Shown here one piece after another: positions 1 to 13,385 of a stretch of 64,000 nt of DNA. The stretch lies in assembly GCA_964187785.1 (NCBI GenBank), contig OZ076419.1, positions 39,556,001 through 39,620,000 on the forward strand, given 5' to 3'. The stretch is from Amphiscolops sp. MND2022 (lineage: Eukaryota). Made by a program: the position numbers and the translations under genes. The notes below the pieces were generated by a model. It searched no databases, was not told where the DNA came from, and saw nothing but the letters and a program-made list of their open reading frames with translations. Position 1 is the first letter of the stretch. Every line of letters begins with the position of its first letter.

Positions 1-1
1 G

Positions 2-106
2 TTCGTTGTGGTGAACTATGACCCTCCTGGCAACATTGTACACCAAGGACAGTATGAGGACAACGTCATCAAACCGAAGGGAGAAATTGAAGGTCAAACC
101 AAGTAA
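2..106 (+). CDS. C-terminal end of a CAP/SCP-superfamily (GAPR-1/GLIPR2-like) host protein; the rest of the gene lies upstream of the window
   Basis: Frame 2 reads FVVVNYDPPGNIVHQGQYEDNVIKPKGEIEGQTK*. This matches the CAP C-terminal pattern (F/Y)VVxxYxPxGNx(6-7)(F/Y)xxNV, and an AT-rich UTR-like tract follows. Too short to appear in the ORF track. Confidence 0.75.
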   Translation, partial: FVVVNYDPPGNIVHQGQYEDNVIKPKGEIEGQTK

Positions 107-540
107 AATTCACCTCCAGCAGTCAGAAAAGCTAGACGAACATTCTCCTGTAGTGCGATGTCTCCTGTAATCTGTGTTGCTCTTAGAATGTTTAGAATGT
201 GACGTAGTGTAAGTCGACTGAATTGAATACTTTGTTATTATAATAATTTTGAATCAATGCCTTGTTTGATTATAAATAATGAAAGGTTAATATAAAACCT
301 ATAATAATACTTATGCAATTCAAAAATATTGGGCTACAAGTTTATTTTTTATTTTTCGATGGTAATAATGGAATAATGAATTAATTAAGTGATTCGAGTC
401 ATGAATGCGAGTTTCGGTTTGGACTTTTGTAATTCAAAAAAATCTGAAAATCTGAAGCATTCGTCCTATTCCAATTGGCACTAAAATTAGAACTCAAAAG
501 CTCACAAGGTGAACAAAAAAGCACCTCTGATTCGGAAAAA

Positions 541-660
541 TGCATTCCTTACAAGGATTTTGCAAGATCTTGCAAGTTAATGCATTTTTCTGCACGACAT
601 TTTCTGCAAGACATTTTCTGCAAGACAATTTCTGCAAGACAAGAGATTCTTTCAAGGAGG
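541..660. repeat. Short tandem repeat (~14-bp unit TTTTCTGCAAGACA) with palindrome TGCAAGATCTTGCA; related sequence at ~30320-30480
   Basis: About 3-4 visible units. The same palindrome (TTGCAAGATCTTGCAA) and similar flanking words recur near 30392. Confidence 0.55.
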
Positions 661-1181
661 AAAATTTCGTGATACGTTTCTGACTTAAAAGTATTCATTT
701 TTCATATTGATAGTTCATTAATTTTCAATTGCACTACTGCATCGTTACTGTCAGATTGATGTCAAAAACTGCGTTTCTTAATCATAAATTCAACTACAAA
801 AAAGATGCAAGCTCTAGAAATCATCTCTAGAAATGTGATTTCGGCGAAGTTATTAAATTAGCAATAAGATATTTCAGTGACGGAACATTTAAAATACCGT
901 TTCAAAGTATTTTCAAAAAATTTTTGGATCACTAGTGTTATGTACTCTGTAAAATGTTTGCAAACGAAAACCCGAAATTTTTCATACAATTACTCCTTTG
1001 GTTGAACCTGTTTAAATTTATTCCACGTTTCTGTAGATTGCCAAGCTGATTGAATTCACTAAGGCAGCCAGCTGATTGAGCAACTAAGGCAGCCAGACTA
1101 TGGTAATTTCAATATGGGAGATGAGATGAGTAAGCGACAGACCGAGAATAAATAATAACCGAAAGAACAGACATAACACCA

Positions 1182-2225
1182 TTGTTGGGAATGGACTGGA
1201 TGAAAACATTCAAATTAACAGTTAGAAGATTACAATTGGCCGAGAACAACCAATCAGAAAAAGAGAGAATTTTAAATAAATTCCCGGACTTGTTTGAAAA
1301 TAACGAGACAATAAAAGATACCAAAATAAAGATACAACTGAAACCCGGACATTTCCCGGTAAAACAAAAAGCCCGACCGGTACCATTACACCTACAAGAA
1401 GATGTAGGAAGAGAACTAGAAAAACTAATCAACTCCGGACATTTGGAGAAAATGAAAGACGTTGACGAAGATTGTTTCGTATCACCGGTAATAATTACAG
1501 TAAAAAGCGACAATCGGTAAAAATAGCACTAGACTCCCGAAAACTAAACGACAGCTGTGTCAAAATGAGACCACACATGCCGAACATGGAGGAATTACTA
1601 AACCAAATTTCGGTAGAGATAACACGAGACCGAACAACACAATTATTTATGTCCAAAATAGACCTGGACTATGCCTACGGACAAATGAAACTATCCGAAG
1701 AAACTAGCCGACAACGCGTATTCGCATTAACCGGAGGAAAATTCAGCGGTTATTACAGATTCAAAAAAGGTTCTACGGGCTTGCCGATATACCCACAATA
1801 TTTCACGAAAAAATTGACCGAACACTCGGATACTCTACACCAGCGTGGTTGGACGACATAAAAGTAGTAACACGCGGCAGCAAACAAGACCACGAGAAGA
1901 AACTATCCGACGTCTTGAACAGCTAGAAAAAGCCGGTTACCGAGCCAGCAAGAAAAGATTTGAATTTTTTATGAAACAAACAAAATGGCTGGGACATGAG
2001 ATCGACGAAAACGGAATAAAACCGAACGATGAAAAAGTTGAAGCCATACTAAAATTGAATCCACCGGAGAACACCAAAGAACTAAAATCAATTCTCGGAG
2101 CAATACAATATATGGCAAAATTTCTACCGAAGCTTTCGGAAAGAACAGACCGATTACGGAAACTTCTGAAAAGAACGAAACATGGAATTGGGGAACTGAA
2201 CAAGAAGAAGACTTTGGAAAAATAA
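1182..2225 (+). pseudogene. Frameshifted reverse transcriptase of the Gypsy element
   Basis: Three overlapping ORFs (1182-1520, 1472-1861, 1845-2225) carry consecutive RT blocks: ARPVP..EDVGRELEKL, FVSPV, KMRPHMPN, WLGHEI, GAIQYMAKFLP. Confidence 0.85.
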
Positions 2226-2230
2226 AACAG

Positions 2231-3196
2231 ATGCTAACCGAAGGCCCGTGTCTAGCACATTACGCAAAAGGCAAATATAATATAGTAACAACCGATGCTA
2301 GCACTACCGGACTGGGAATAACAATTTGGCAAAAACAAGATAACGGAAATACAAAACCAATAGCTTACGGGAGTAGATATTTGAATGAAACCGAAAAGAA
2401 ATACTCCATCGGTGAACTAGAATTGTTAGCAGTTGTGTGGGGATTAGAGAAATTTAGACTCTATCTTTACGGAAAAAAGGTTCATTTATATATGGACCAT
2501 CAAGCACTAGAACCATTGATTAAAAGAAATCGGAGTAACAAGCAGTACAGTGCAAGACTAACAAGATGGTTAGATCGCCTAACACACTTTGACATATCAA
2601 TACAGCATATAGCCGGCAGTAATTTGAAATTTACCGATTTTCTCAGCAGAAATCCGGTAGGGGGAGCAGCACCGGAAGAAAATTACGATGAAGAATACGT
2701 AACTAATATACTTGCTGAACAAGCTGATTTGAATTTGAAATACGGACAACTATTCGCGGACCAATCAAAATGCAGCAAACGCACCACCGAGAGAACAAAG
2801 AAGAACTCCGAACACAAAGTTGAACACAAAACCGACCAATCACAATTAAATAGAACATTCGAGAACAAAAGCCACGTGAACGAAACCGAACAGAACAAGA
2901 AAACAACATCAGGGCAGTCCGATATTAGCACTCTGAGAGATAGTCAAACATCAAACACTGAAAACTTTGACAACATGGACCGCGAAAACTTTTATCACTG
3001 GGGAGCCACCCGAGAAATTATGGACATTATTCGAAGAAGGAATAACAGCCTGGAAACAAGAAGATTTACGTCGAACAACGTAACGCACTATCCCGGCCCG
3101 GCACACCGAGACGCCGGTATGACCACCAAACGCAGGGTACGGTTTTTGCTCCATCCCGGCCGAACAAACGCAGTAGAGAAGAGATTGCCGAAATAG
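2231..3196 (+). pseudogene. RNase H domain plus low-complexity spacer of the Gypsy element
   Basis: TTDASTTGLG, PIAYGSRYL, ELELLAVVWGLEKFRLYLYG, DHQAL, RWLDRL and DFLSR motifs. Confidence 0.85.
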
Positions 3197-3333
3197 ATGC
3201 CGAATTATTCCGGAGGGCAAACAGACTCGGAGGCGGTTATCAACCACTGATCGAAGAGCAGGAAGAACAACCGGACGAAGTACGGGAAGAAGGAGAATTC
3301 GAGAACAACGAGACAGAAGAAGACAGTGTAGTT

Positions 3334-4407
3334 ATGCGAGGCGACAACCTACCAATTGCGGATTTATCCAAGTATAACACGGAAGGCAAAGAAGCCAAAT
3401 ACATACAGATAAATCACATCGTCGAAAAGCTTACCGCAAACAAAAAAGCCACCGAAGACCACATCAAAAAAGTCGAAATCGAATTCATGCTCGATCTGAA
3501 GACGCTGATATCAAAGACGGCAATCAACCCAGAGTTGACTCGAGCGAGAAACAGCATGCGCCGAGAGGACAGAGAAACCATTCCGGACGGCTACTGGACG
3601 GTCTTCGACAAACTTTCGATCAGATGGGGCCTGATATTTGTTGACGACCAAATCGTCATACCTATCGACCTAAGAAGACGATTACTCGATATCCTCCATT
3701 TCGGTCACTCCGGCATCACGAAAATGACAACCGAAGTCAAAATGTTCTGGTGGCCGAACAAAAAGCAGGATATCGAAACGAAAGTCAAGGACCGCACAGC
3801 ATGCTTAGCATCAGGTAAAAACCTTAATTACAAATTACCGAAAAAACACTACGGAAGACTAGAGAAGTTGTCCGAACCCGGACAAGAATTACAAATCGAT
3901 TTTACCGGAAAATTACACAACAAAAAACTGAACGGGGAAACACATATTTTGATCGCGATAGATAGATTTAGCAAATGGCCGACAGTGAAAATTTGTAAAA
4001 CTTCGGAAAGAAAGGAAGTATTAAGCTTCCTATCTAGCAATTTTAACTTGTACGGAATACCGGAAAAAATAAGATCGGACAAAGGGGGAGCATTCATTTC
4101 GAAAGAATACCGACAATTTTGCAAAAGCCGAAATATAGAAATAGAATATTGTACACCCCGAATGCATACCGGAAACGAAGTAGTCGAGAGAACAATACAA
4201 ACAATCAAAAATTTAATAATAGCAAACATGGAAGACGGACTCTGTCTTACCGAAAGTGTAAACCGGGCACTACGAATAATGCGTTTTACAATACATACGG
4301 GATTAAAAATAACACCGTTTGAATTACATCACGGAAGAAAACCGAGAACCGAATTACGAACATCGTTAAAGACGGAAAAACGTACTTATCTAACTGGTCG
4401 GAAATGA
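3334..4407 (+). pseudogene. Integrase of the Gypsy element
   Basis: HFGH zinc-binding start, QIDFTG, AIDRFSKW, RSDKGGAF and TPFELHHGRKP motifs. Confidence 0.85.
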
Positions 4408-5316
4408 CTATTTCAGCTCCGGACAGACCGAAAGTCCCGATCTATGTGGGCCGCGATGCGGAAGGCGAAATAACCAACTACATCGTAATGGCAAAGACGA
4501 AGACAGAAGAAAAACAATCGGGAGAAAATACAAAGTCACCGAAGAAGATAAGTTCGGTTAGATACCGAATTCTCAATTCTCATTTGTTGAAAAAAAACCA
4601 TAACAAAAAATCCTTAGAAGAAAGATTTCAAAACAAAACACAAACCGCAATAAGCGGAACCGAAAACACCGTAAAAACGGATACCGGAAAAATTATCAAC
4701 CGAAAATTTATTTCGGGACCACTATTTCAGGCCGAAAAGAAGACACGAAGAGAGCCAACAATAAACGCCAATAGAGAAATAAATCCCAAGAATAGGCACT
4801 GCCTCCGAGGTCTCGACGCAAATACGGCAGATGGGGCGAAATTCTCCGGGATATATTGAACGGAAAATTGAAACTAGTAAAAGCCCGAAAACAAGTAACA
4901 AGCGATACAGAAGAAGAAAACGACTATGATGAAGACGAGGAAATGCCGGAAGAAATCGGGACACCGACACCTAATGTATACGATACCTCAGAACGGGATG
5001 GGCGATACATCCCAATCCGGACTAACCCGGAAGAAGATGCGCTGCAGCTACACACCGACGGCGAGATATCGGGTGAGAAAATAGAAACAAATATAAGACG
5101 GTCCACTCGAGATAGTAAAAAACCGAAAAGATACGGTACCATACCATACACTGGAAACTTTTGGGGTTAGAAATAAAAATGTTTTAACAAAAACTGTATT
5201 TGTTACAGGAAACCTGTGGACCCGAACAGAAGGAACACCGCAGCCGGAGAAAAATCAGAAGCCCGCGGACTTCCTACCAGAACAGGAAACACCCTTGGGA
5301 CATTCAAACCAAAACT

Positions 5317-5344
5317 GAGAAAGAGAAGAAGAAATAGGGGGAAA
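5317..5344 (+). other. Polypurine tract
   Basis: GAGAAAGAGAAGAAGAAATAGGGGGAAA immediately before TGTTG at 5345. Confidence 0.75.
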
Positions 5345-5651
5345 TGTTGTATTTGGGTTCATTCCGGTTCATGACCTTACCGAGTTTCGGTTTAAAGAAC
5401 TTTAGTTCACGTCTAGAATACCAACCAATGTTGATAAACAAAAACTACAACAAAACTATATTAGATATTTCATTTATACGATTTGGATATCTACATTCTA
5501 GACTATAGAAAAGATATTACTTTAGAAACTTTCCTTTTATCAAACTAAAGTTATTAGAATAGAACAAGCTGTCCCATTGGTCAATGCGCCGGATTGAAAC
5601 CTGTGTTTGTTTCTCCCCTGTCCCCACTTCTTCACGGGCAGGGTCCCAACA
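5345..5651 (+). repeat. 3' LTR (307 bp)
   Basis: Begins TGTTG directly after the PPT and ends CAACA, a 5-bp terminal inverted repeat. Confidence 0.7.
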
Positions 5652-5798
5652 AATATGACTATGCTGGATCAGCAGATAATGGGCAGATATAACTATGCTG
5701 GACCAAACCTAATGGACACCCCGATTAACTCCAATATTCAAGGGATTAGCGTTAGAGTATCCAACCGGCGCGGTGAACCCAATACAACACAATACAAA

Positions 5799-5952
5799 GA
5801 TTGTATTGTCTGCGGTCGCTCGTAATCAAGGAGACCGCAACCTCAGACGAGAGCCTTACAGAGAACGTCAGAGAAGGAGAGAGGCATACTTAGCAGGAAT
5901 GGAGCAGGGGATGGTACTCTCCATCCCAAGGGGAGTGTCACAGGCTATCTAG
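5799..5952 (+). pseudogene. Frameshifted remnant resembling the C-terminal domain of the element-B sense accessory ORF
   Basis: DCIVCGRS, then in another frame RREPYRERQRRREAYLAGMEQGMVL. Compare CDICGKC...GEKVKERAIRSGAFIHGFEAALFL in ORF 50283-51302. Confidence 0.45.
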
Positions 5953-8929
5953 TCAATTCTTACCAGGGGGAGACGATTCAACCCGTTCCTCCAGGAATCT
6001 TATTTTTTTAAAAAGAAAAACTTTAGGCTCCTTTCCTGTAAACACTCTCTGAAAACATTTGTACATTTTCCAGCATTTTTTTGTATTGCTTACACTTGAT
6101 TAATCAAGATATTGCCATTTCACAAAAATTGGATTTAACTTCAAAATGACTACAGTAAATCAATCAAGTCGTAGTGTATTAGAAAATGCAAGATTGAACA
6201 TTGTAGAATGACTGCGTTTAGTTTTATGAAAACTTTGTGGACAGTTTTTGAGAAATTTAAAGTTCCCATTGATAGGTCGGGAGAAAAAAAGAACGATTGC
6301 ATGAGTAGTCAAAAATTTTTCCCGACTCCTAAAAATGTTTTGATGAGCGAGGTTGATACTCAATTTCAGAAAACCACAAATGGGTCATTACTCAATTACC
6401 AATTATTGTGATATGTCCGCGGACCACTTAGGGACAAAAACTGTGCGCGCCCTGCAGTTCCATGAGAAGATACAATTAGGTCTAAAACCCTTGTGAAAAC
6501 TACAGAAGTCATTAAAATAGTCTGTTGTTTCAGTCAAAAAGCGCGGCCCCTAAACACCTATTTACCTTTCCCCAGGCCAGATCTCTTAGACTGTTTGCAT
6601 GCTACAGGCCTTCATTGAGAGAAGTATTTTCATCGAAAATAGAAATCAGTGAATTACCATATATACTTTCTAAAGGCTTACAATGCAGGTTTTACTATTG
6701 AAATAAAAAAAGACGAAAAAAATCCACTTCCTTTCTGAACTATTTCCGTGATTTATACACTGCCTAAAGGACGCTTAAGTTAGCGCAAGTTAGCAGTTTG
6801 ACTTGGCAACGAACTGAATTCGAATTTAACTGGCCGTATAGTTGATTACGTTTCAGATGCATAAAAAAATTGATGCAAAATTTCTCAGATTAAAATTGCC
6901 ACCTCAATGTAGATGAATCTTTCAAGCAGTTTGATAAAAGTTAACTACAGAGGCGAAATATTCGCGCATAAAAGTTTCCGTAAGAGCTTTAAAAATCTTA
7001 GTAGAGATTACCGACACCCTTCAAAAACGTTGAGAAACGTTCCAGCAATTTCAACAAGTGTTAGAAGGAATAATTTCCGCTTTATGAAATAAAAACGAGG
7101 CACATACTTGAGCCATTCATAGTCAATTGCTTGTCAATAGCTAATCGGTATTTTTAATCAACCTGAAACTTTGTTTCCGAGAGGGACAATGATTTGGTCA
7201 TTACTAGACGTTAGTAAAATCACGAAGTTCACACTGAAGATGCTGAGGTTGTGAGTTTTGTTTTATTTCGTAACTTGTCGGTCATTCTGTTGATTTGTTT
7301 CGTCCGATAGTGACCAATTAAACGTAAAGAATTCTGTCGAACCATGGCATTATTAATCTGAATTATGATTTTCCAGGACAAAAGATCAGTTTCAGTTTTT
7401 TTAATCATGACTCATTTGGCATTTCTTTCTGTTTTTGTGAGTATCTGAATGGAAGTGAGTCACTGGGCGCTGTTGGTAACTGCAGCCTTCGAGCGGAGAT
7501 AACAGAAAATTACGACATAATCAACAACCCGCCCGGCCGAACAGCAAATCTTCGTACTCATCGGTGTACTTAAACCCATTTACCCTGGTTGAAATAACTC
7601 ATTTTAAATTCTATTAAGGATACCTAGATTATAACAATGAATCTTTTTGTTTTCTTTTGCAACCAATGCCATCGCCTTCCTCGACACACAATTCTCAAAA
7701 ATATCGAAATTAATAAAAAAAGGGATGTAACTCAAACTACAAATCCTACAAATCCAAAAACTCTCTTGGGGGTAAAATATTAGACCCCCAACTTTGATTT
7801 CTGTTCACACTTTTTTTTACTTATGACAGATAGGCATTCTTGGAGCCATACATTTGACTGAAGTTCACCCATTGAGTTCCTTTCTAACCTGGACTGAGAA
7901 ATTACAATTTTCACACAATCAAATTAAGTTGTTTCATTTCTTGCCACTTCGGTTAAGATTGACATGCGTCGGGCGGTGTAGAAAAAGGTTAAAGACAAAA
8001 TCATTTCAGTCAATTTTGGCCATCAAGGCTGTTTTCAGCATTTCAACAATAACTTGGACATTTCTAATCATGCTTTTTGATTTCTATGAAAACCCAGGGA
8101 TGGTTTTGGTTGCATTTTGAATCATAAAGAAGCTTCGAATACTTGATGAATCAATTATGGACAACCATGATTGGCTAGCCTGGGTTATCCCAGAGCTTAA
8201 AATGTTTTTGAAGAACTCAAAGTTCCAACTGGGGTGTTCATCTTGGTCTCAACAAATGGAATGCTTCAAAATTTGGCTGATTGTGGTTGTCAGTGTTGTT
8301 GGATTCGCCGTTCTCTTCCACGGAACACTAGCCATTCCCTACCTCTGGTTAAATAATAGACATCTTTCTAGCCATAGAAAATAATTTCAAACATTCGTAC
8401 CTGATTAAACTCGAAAAGCGGTTTTTTATGCTTTTCATCATGGCCCTAGCATTTAGTTTCCGAGTGCTCTATTGAAATACTTTTGCAAATCTTTCGAAAT
8501 CGCTTCGTACGTACTCTTAAACCTCTTTTTCAAAAATTTTGCTTCAAGAAACATTATAAACTTACTGTGACCGAGTACGGTTACACAACTCTCAAGTCAA
8601 CAATCATAAACTTAAAAAGATGCCGAACGATTGTTGAACGTGCCTGTTGTAAAGTGACGTTATTCTGTTGTCGAAGCACCATTGCAATTGCAGTTAAGTT
8701 GCGCTTAGAAAAAACGTGCTGAAGAAAACTGAATAACAAACTCAGGCACCATAGTTTTCAATTACAACAGGGCAAAATTTTAACATTGTGTGTGTATTAG
8801 CATTACGTGGAGAAAAAGTAAAAGTGTAGCGAAAAAAGCGGGAAGATTTGCTTGTAGTATCAGTAGTGCAAAAAACTACATTTCTATCAAAAATAAATAT
8901 GTATAATAATCAACGAAGATGAGAGAAAT

Positions 8930-11900
8930 TCAAGGGTGCTCAACAATTGCAGCACAAAAGGGTGTCAGTGTAAAAAATTGACGAGGACGCAGAGAATGCA
9001 GTATTGCACATAAACGGAGACGGAGCACCACCATTCGTGGTAAAAGGGAAAATTATTATTCAACAATTTTCCACGATGATTGATGAGGGTTCCCCAATTA
9101 CAGTCTTTACCCAGAAAGACCTGAGGAAACTTCTCAAATAAGATGTGATATTTGCTGCCAGACCTCTGCCGAAAAATGAGGAATATGTATATTAAATGGG
9201 CAGACCACTGAACTTATTTGGTTATACAACAGTAGACGCGAAGGTGGGGAAACAAACATTGAAAAACGCACGAATAGTCATTGCACGGGATGGGAAAAGT
9301 TAAAATTTGGACGCGACTGGCTCGCAAAACTAAACTTCAGAGTAGCGGAGTTAGAAAAAAGTAGTGTGTATAACAAAAATATTAATGAAATAGATAACAA
9401 AAACACAAAAACAGAAAAAAACTAGGAAAATCAGATGAACTAGCAACAATAGAACGCAAATCTTCAAAGATTTTCAAAAGATAAGGTAGAAATGTGGAGC
9501 AGTGAATAAAGAATTAATTTAAAGAAGGAGCGAAAGTTACACTCGAAAAGGGAAGACGAGTACCCCTCAAACTACGAACAGCCGTGGACAAAGAATTAAA
9601 AAACTTATGGTGATCACTGTCAAAAAGGACCGAAGTGTCAAGATCGCTTTAAATGCCAGATCGCTCAGCAATGCCATACTGAAGGACAAGTATCAAATGC
9701 CCAATCTGGAGAGCTTATTGGAAAAGAGGTAATCAAGGGGAAACAAGAAGGAGAAACACTATTTACATCGTTAGACATGTTATACGCATACGGGCAAACA
9801 ATTTTACACCCAGAAACAGCCAAACATCGCAAGTTTCAGATCATCAGGGGAAAACAACAGGTATGTAGACATTCAAAATGGGATACTGCGGAGTCATAAG
9901 AATGCCCCCAAAATTCCAGAAAATATTGTACAGATTACTACATAGAACGGAAAACACATTTCCGTTTATAACGATATTTTGATAGTGACAAGGGGATAAA
10001 AAATGCCACAAGAAAACAATCGAGAGACGATTATAGCAATGGATGAAGCAGGAATTCGGCTGAAGTTGGATAAATGCAAGGTTGCGAAACCAGAAACACA
10101 TCGGTTGGGGTGCCACATATCAGCGGCAGGAATAAAACAAGTGGACGAAAGTTCAAGCAAGTACATAAAACCTACGGCCAAAGAACCTAATAGATCTAAG
10201 ATCCTTTATGGGAGCGATAAATCAAATAAATAAATTCATCCCATATGCGATATGCCATAAATGCGATGCAAGTAAAGACGGGCTAGCATCAGTACTACAA
10301 CAAAAATTGGAAAACTGTTGGAAAACAACCCATTTCGCATCGTGATTTTGAACTAAATTTGGACAAAAAAACTCAATCAAGGAGTTGGAACTTCTAACTG
10401 TATAGAAAACTGGGCCATAGAAAACTTCAAAAATTACGTTTACGGTGCCGAATTTTAGTGGTATCAGACTACAAGCACTAATGACCATATTAAGGGATAG
10501 TAGAGTGAATGGAACTTTCTCCTCCAGACTAACCAGATGGGTAGGTCGGTTGTTGCCATTTCATTTCAAGGTGGTCTACGCACCAGGTAGAACTATGGGG
10601 ATGGCCGACTATCTCTCCCGCCATCCCACAGAAAGCAATAGTAACGAAAGTAATATAAAAGCTGAAGAAGTATGGCGCAACTGGTACACCGTAAACAAAA
10701 TAACCAGAAATGAATGTTTAATCAGAAATGACTTTGTTTCAGCGAATCACAAAGAGCAGAACATACCTGGACAGCCAAATAAATCAAAGCTGGCAAATTC
10801 AAGCGAATTGGCAAGTGCAAGCGACCGACGCAAATTGCAATTGAGACAGGCGGAGAAACAGCGCACGAAGTAAATATGGCAGCAATGAAACAATTAGCGT
10901 TAATAATCAGAACACAACCATCAAGCGAGAGTAAACAAACAAGAAGCTGTAAATCGCAGCGAAATGAGCGAAGAAATTATCGAAGCGGGTAATCAGTCAC
11001 AAGTAAAAGTCCCAATTTGCTACTCGGTTAATCCAATCGAAATCTTACAATCTCTGGGAAACCTCACGTTCGCGCCCCGAAAGGACTCTGACAAGTTCAT
11101 GCAAAAAATCATCGGTCTCTTTAAAAAAAGGGATACCACAAAAATTAGCCGCCTAGCAACCAAAAGGAGGGAACAACTTAAATGCTTGAACGTCGTCGCA
11201 AAAGATTTCGTTTACATGGACGAGAGATTAGTTATCCCGAAAGCATTAAGACCTAATATATTGAGATCGCTGCATTACGGCCACCCGTGCCGATATTGCA
11301 TGCTGGCAACCATTTCTAACGTTTGGTGGTTTGGTGGTCGCGACTACACAGAGAGGTGGCGACGATCGTGCGAGAATGCCCACAATGCCAAGAGTCGGGT
11401 AAGAACGTAAAATCATTACTTAGACAAAAGCAACTAGGTAAATTACCAGAAAGTAAAGAAATTAAACAAGAAATAGCCATAGATTTCACCGGACCATTTC
11501 AAAATGCAATACAAGCAGAACGATATCCTATACTATCAATATACTACTTTTCAGAATGGCCTGAGGCGAAATTCTTAAGAGAACCTACAACAGAAACCGT
11601 AATAGAAGTTTCAAAAACTTATATTGCAAGACATGGAATGCCACAAGTGATAAAAACGGACCCAGTCACAATTTGCCGTTGTAAAAGGTGTAAAGAATCA
11701 TGCCAAAAATGAATGTCTCGCCACATAGGATGTCCAAAAGGAGATCACCGCGGAAATGCAAAAAAACATAAGCCGCGCCATAAATGAAACACTGAGGGCG
11801 AATAAACAATTAGTAGTAAGACGTATATCTTTGGGTTATCAGAGTTTTTATTTGCACTCCGAATGTATCCATCAACGAAAGGGAAGTCTGCATATGAAAA

Positions 11901-12060
11901 ATACACAGGCGTAGAACCATACACTATCAAAAAGTAAATAACAAACCCTTCCGGTGTATTTTAGAAACTCCAACTGTGCAATTAAACCGTACACTTTTCG
12001 AATCCGGACAGGATGCAACAATTCTGGTGCGGCAAAGAAGCAGATGCACCAAATTAGAAT
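8930..12060 (+). mobile_element. Heavily decayed Ty3/Gypsy pol remnant, same broad clade as 1130-5651
   Basis: Protease-like TMIDEGSPITVF at ~9070-9110, RT VITVKKDRSVKIAL...KYQMPNLE at ~9610-9715, RNase H RWVGRLLPF...MADYLSRHP (ORF 10445-10873), integrase LHYGHP and IAIDFTGPF (10964-11712). Confidence 0.8.
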
Positions 12061-12642
12061 AGGTGAGCTATGTTAACCTCTTGAACTGAACTCAGTTGTT
12101 TTTTTTGAAAAATTTAGTTGTTGACAAACAATCATATATCAAAACACAAATCACATTGACTCAGTTACCTTATGGTTTTGATAGCGAACAGTTAAATCAA
12201 TATTTGCCAACCGATCTATTCTCTCGATTCCGATCATTCAGAGCTAGACAGCATCAGCAGCATATTCGTCTATGGTTAACAAGGATCAACTGAATAGTTT
12301 ATTCAGTCGTATTGGCAGAAGCAGAGAGGCCAGTGACAAATTAATGTCTAGAGATCACACTACACCTCCGAGAAATTAACAGCTGTCGCCGTGTTTAGTT
12401 TACACTTTGAAACGGTTACTCTTCAATAAGCGTCATTTACGCTGGGATAGCTCCCGGTTATTGCGTCGAGTGTTTTTGGAAAAAGCTTGCAAAAGACGAC
12501 TATATTGCAGGACAATGGACAAATATTTTAACTCTAGATAAAGGGGATGAATTTTACTGTATTCCACTAAAAGCGAAACACTGCGCTACTTTTTCTTCGA
12601 GATAAGATTTTTTGTAACTCTAATAATCGGGATGCCAATTTG

Positions 12643-13077
12643 TCACAGAGTGCTAAAGGCATTTGGGACTCTTGTTCTATGACAGTACAGAATTGCAGAG
12701 ATGCGACTTCTAAAGCTTTCATGTATTACCACCAAGGCTTTGAGGTGTAGAGCTTTATACCCTGACAACTTGTGTTTTGTCAAGGAGTTATCAATAATAT
12801 CGTGCCACAAAACGAGGATGTTTTTGTTCCTTAACGAGCCATTATTCAATAAAAATTGCAAGGAGTTCAGGTAAAAATTGACGTTTGGGTTCAAGGACAA
12901 AGAAGGAATTGCAGTAATTTTACTGGTCAGGGGCGTTTTTTGCTTCTTGTTTAACTGACCAAAAGCGCGACTGAGACAATTTGCTCCCACGATGTGTATC
13001 ATCAAAAAAGTGGAACAAACTAACAGTTTTTTACGTGAAACTAGGAATTGCAGAATGTCCACTCCTTTAGTTTCCAA
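12643..13077 (-). pseudogene. Possible degenerate SGNH-fold-like ORF, likely transposon-associated
   Basis: Motif spacing IHIVGANCL ... AIPSLS ... ILVLWHDIIDNS recalls SGNH blocks I-III, but the catalytic GDS serine is absent. Pattern resemblance only. Confidence 0.35.
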
Positions 13078-13385
13078 TGCTTTCCTGGTGCATTTTCTCC
13101 TCGCGGACCAATTTTACAACATCAAACCTCTGTTCACAGATCTGTACTAGCTTTGTTCTTTGTAAAAGGAATTATATTTGAATCATTAATTTTACTTCCT
13201 GGAAGTTCCAGCAACAAAGAAAATGCGAGTTAAAATCAATTGATATTTCATATGCAAAATGAATAGGAAATGAATCATCAATAAGTTCCAAGTATTGAAG
13301 AAGTTCTACATTGTCTCAAAGTGCACAGCAAAGTGTGACTTTGTAGCGCAGACTGTCAATTTGGTACACTACACTTCCATATCAG

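Larger units (their letters stand above)
1130..5651 (+). mobile_element. 5'-truncated, decayed Ty3/Gypsy LTR retrotransposon (protease tail-RT-RNase H-spacer-integrase-PPT-3' LTR)
   Basis: Protease tail PLLGMDW, RT fragments (KIALDSRKLN, SKIDLDYAYGQ), RNase H (TTDASTTGLG, YSIGELELLAV, DFLSRNP) and integrase (HFGHSG, QIDFTG, SDKG) in Gypsy domain order with many frameshifts. Ends in a PPT and an LTR. Confidence 0.9.

Noticed and set aside
1045-1095. Two ~26-bp tandem copies GCTGATTGA...CTAAGGCAGCCA at the Gypsy truncation point
   Set aside because: Simple local duplication with no further structure.
6000-8900. Short ORFs and open stretches (6208-6411, ~7330-7570, 7854-8722)
   Set aside because: No recognisable motifs or consistent splice structure; probably decayed repeats or intergenic DNA.
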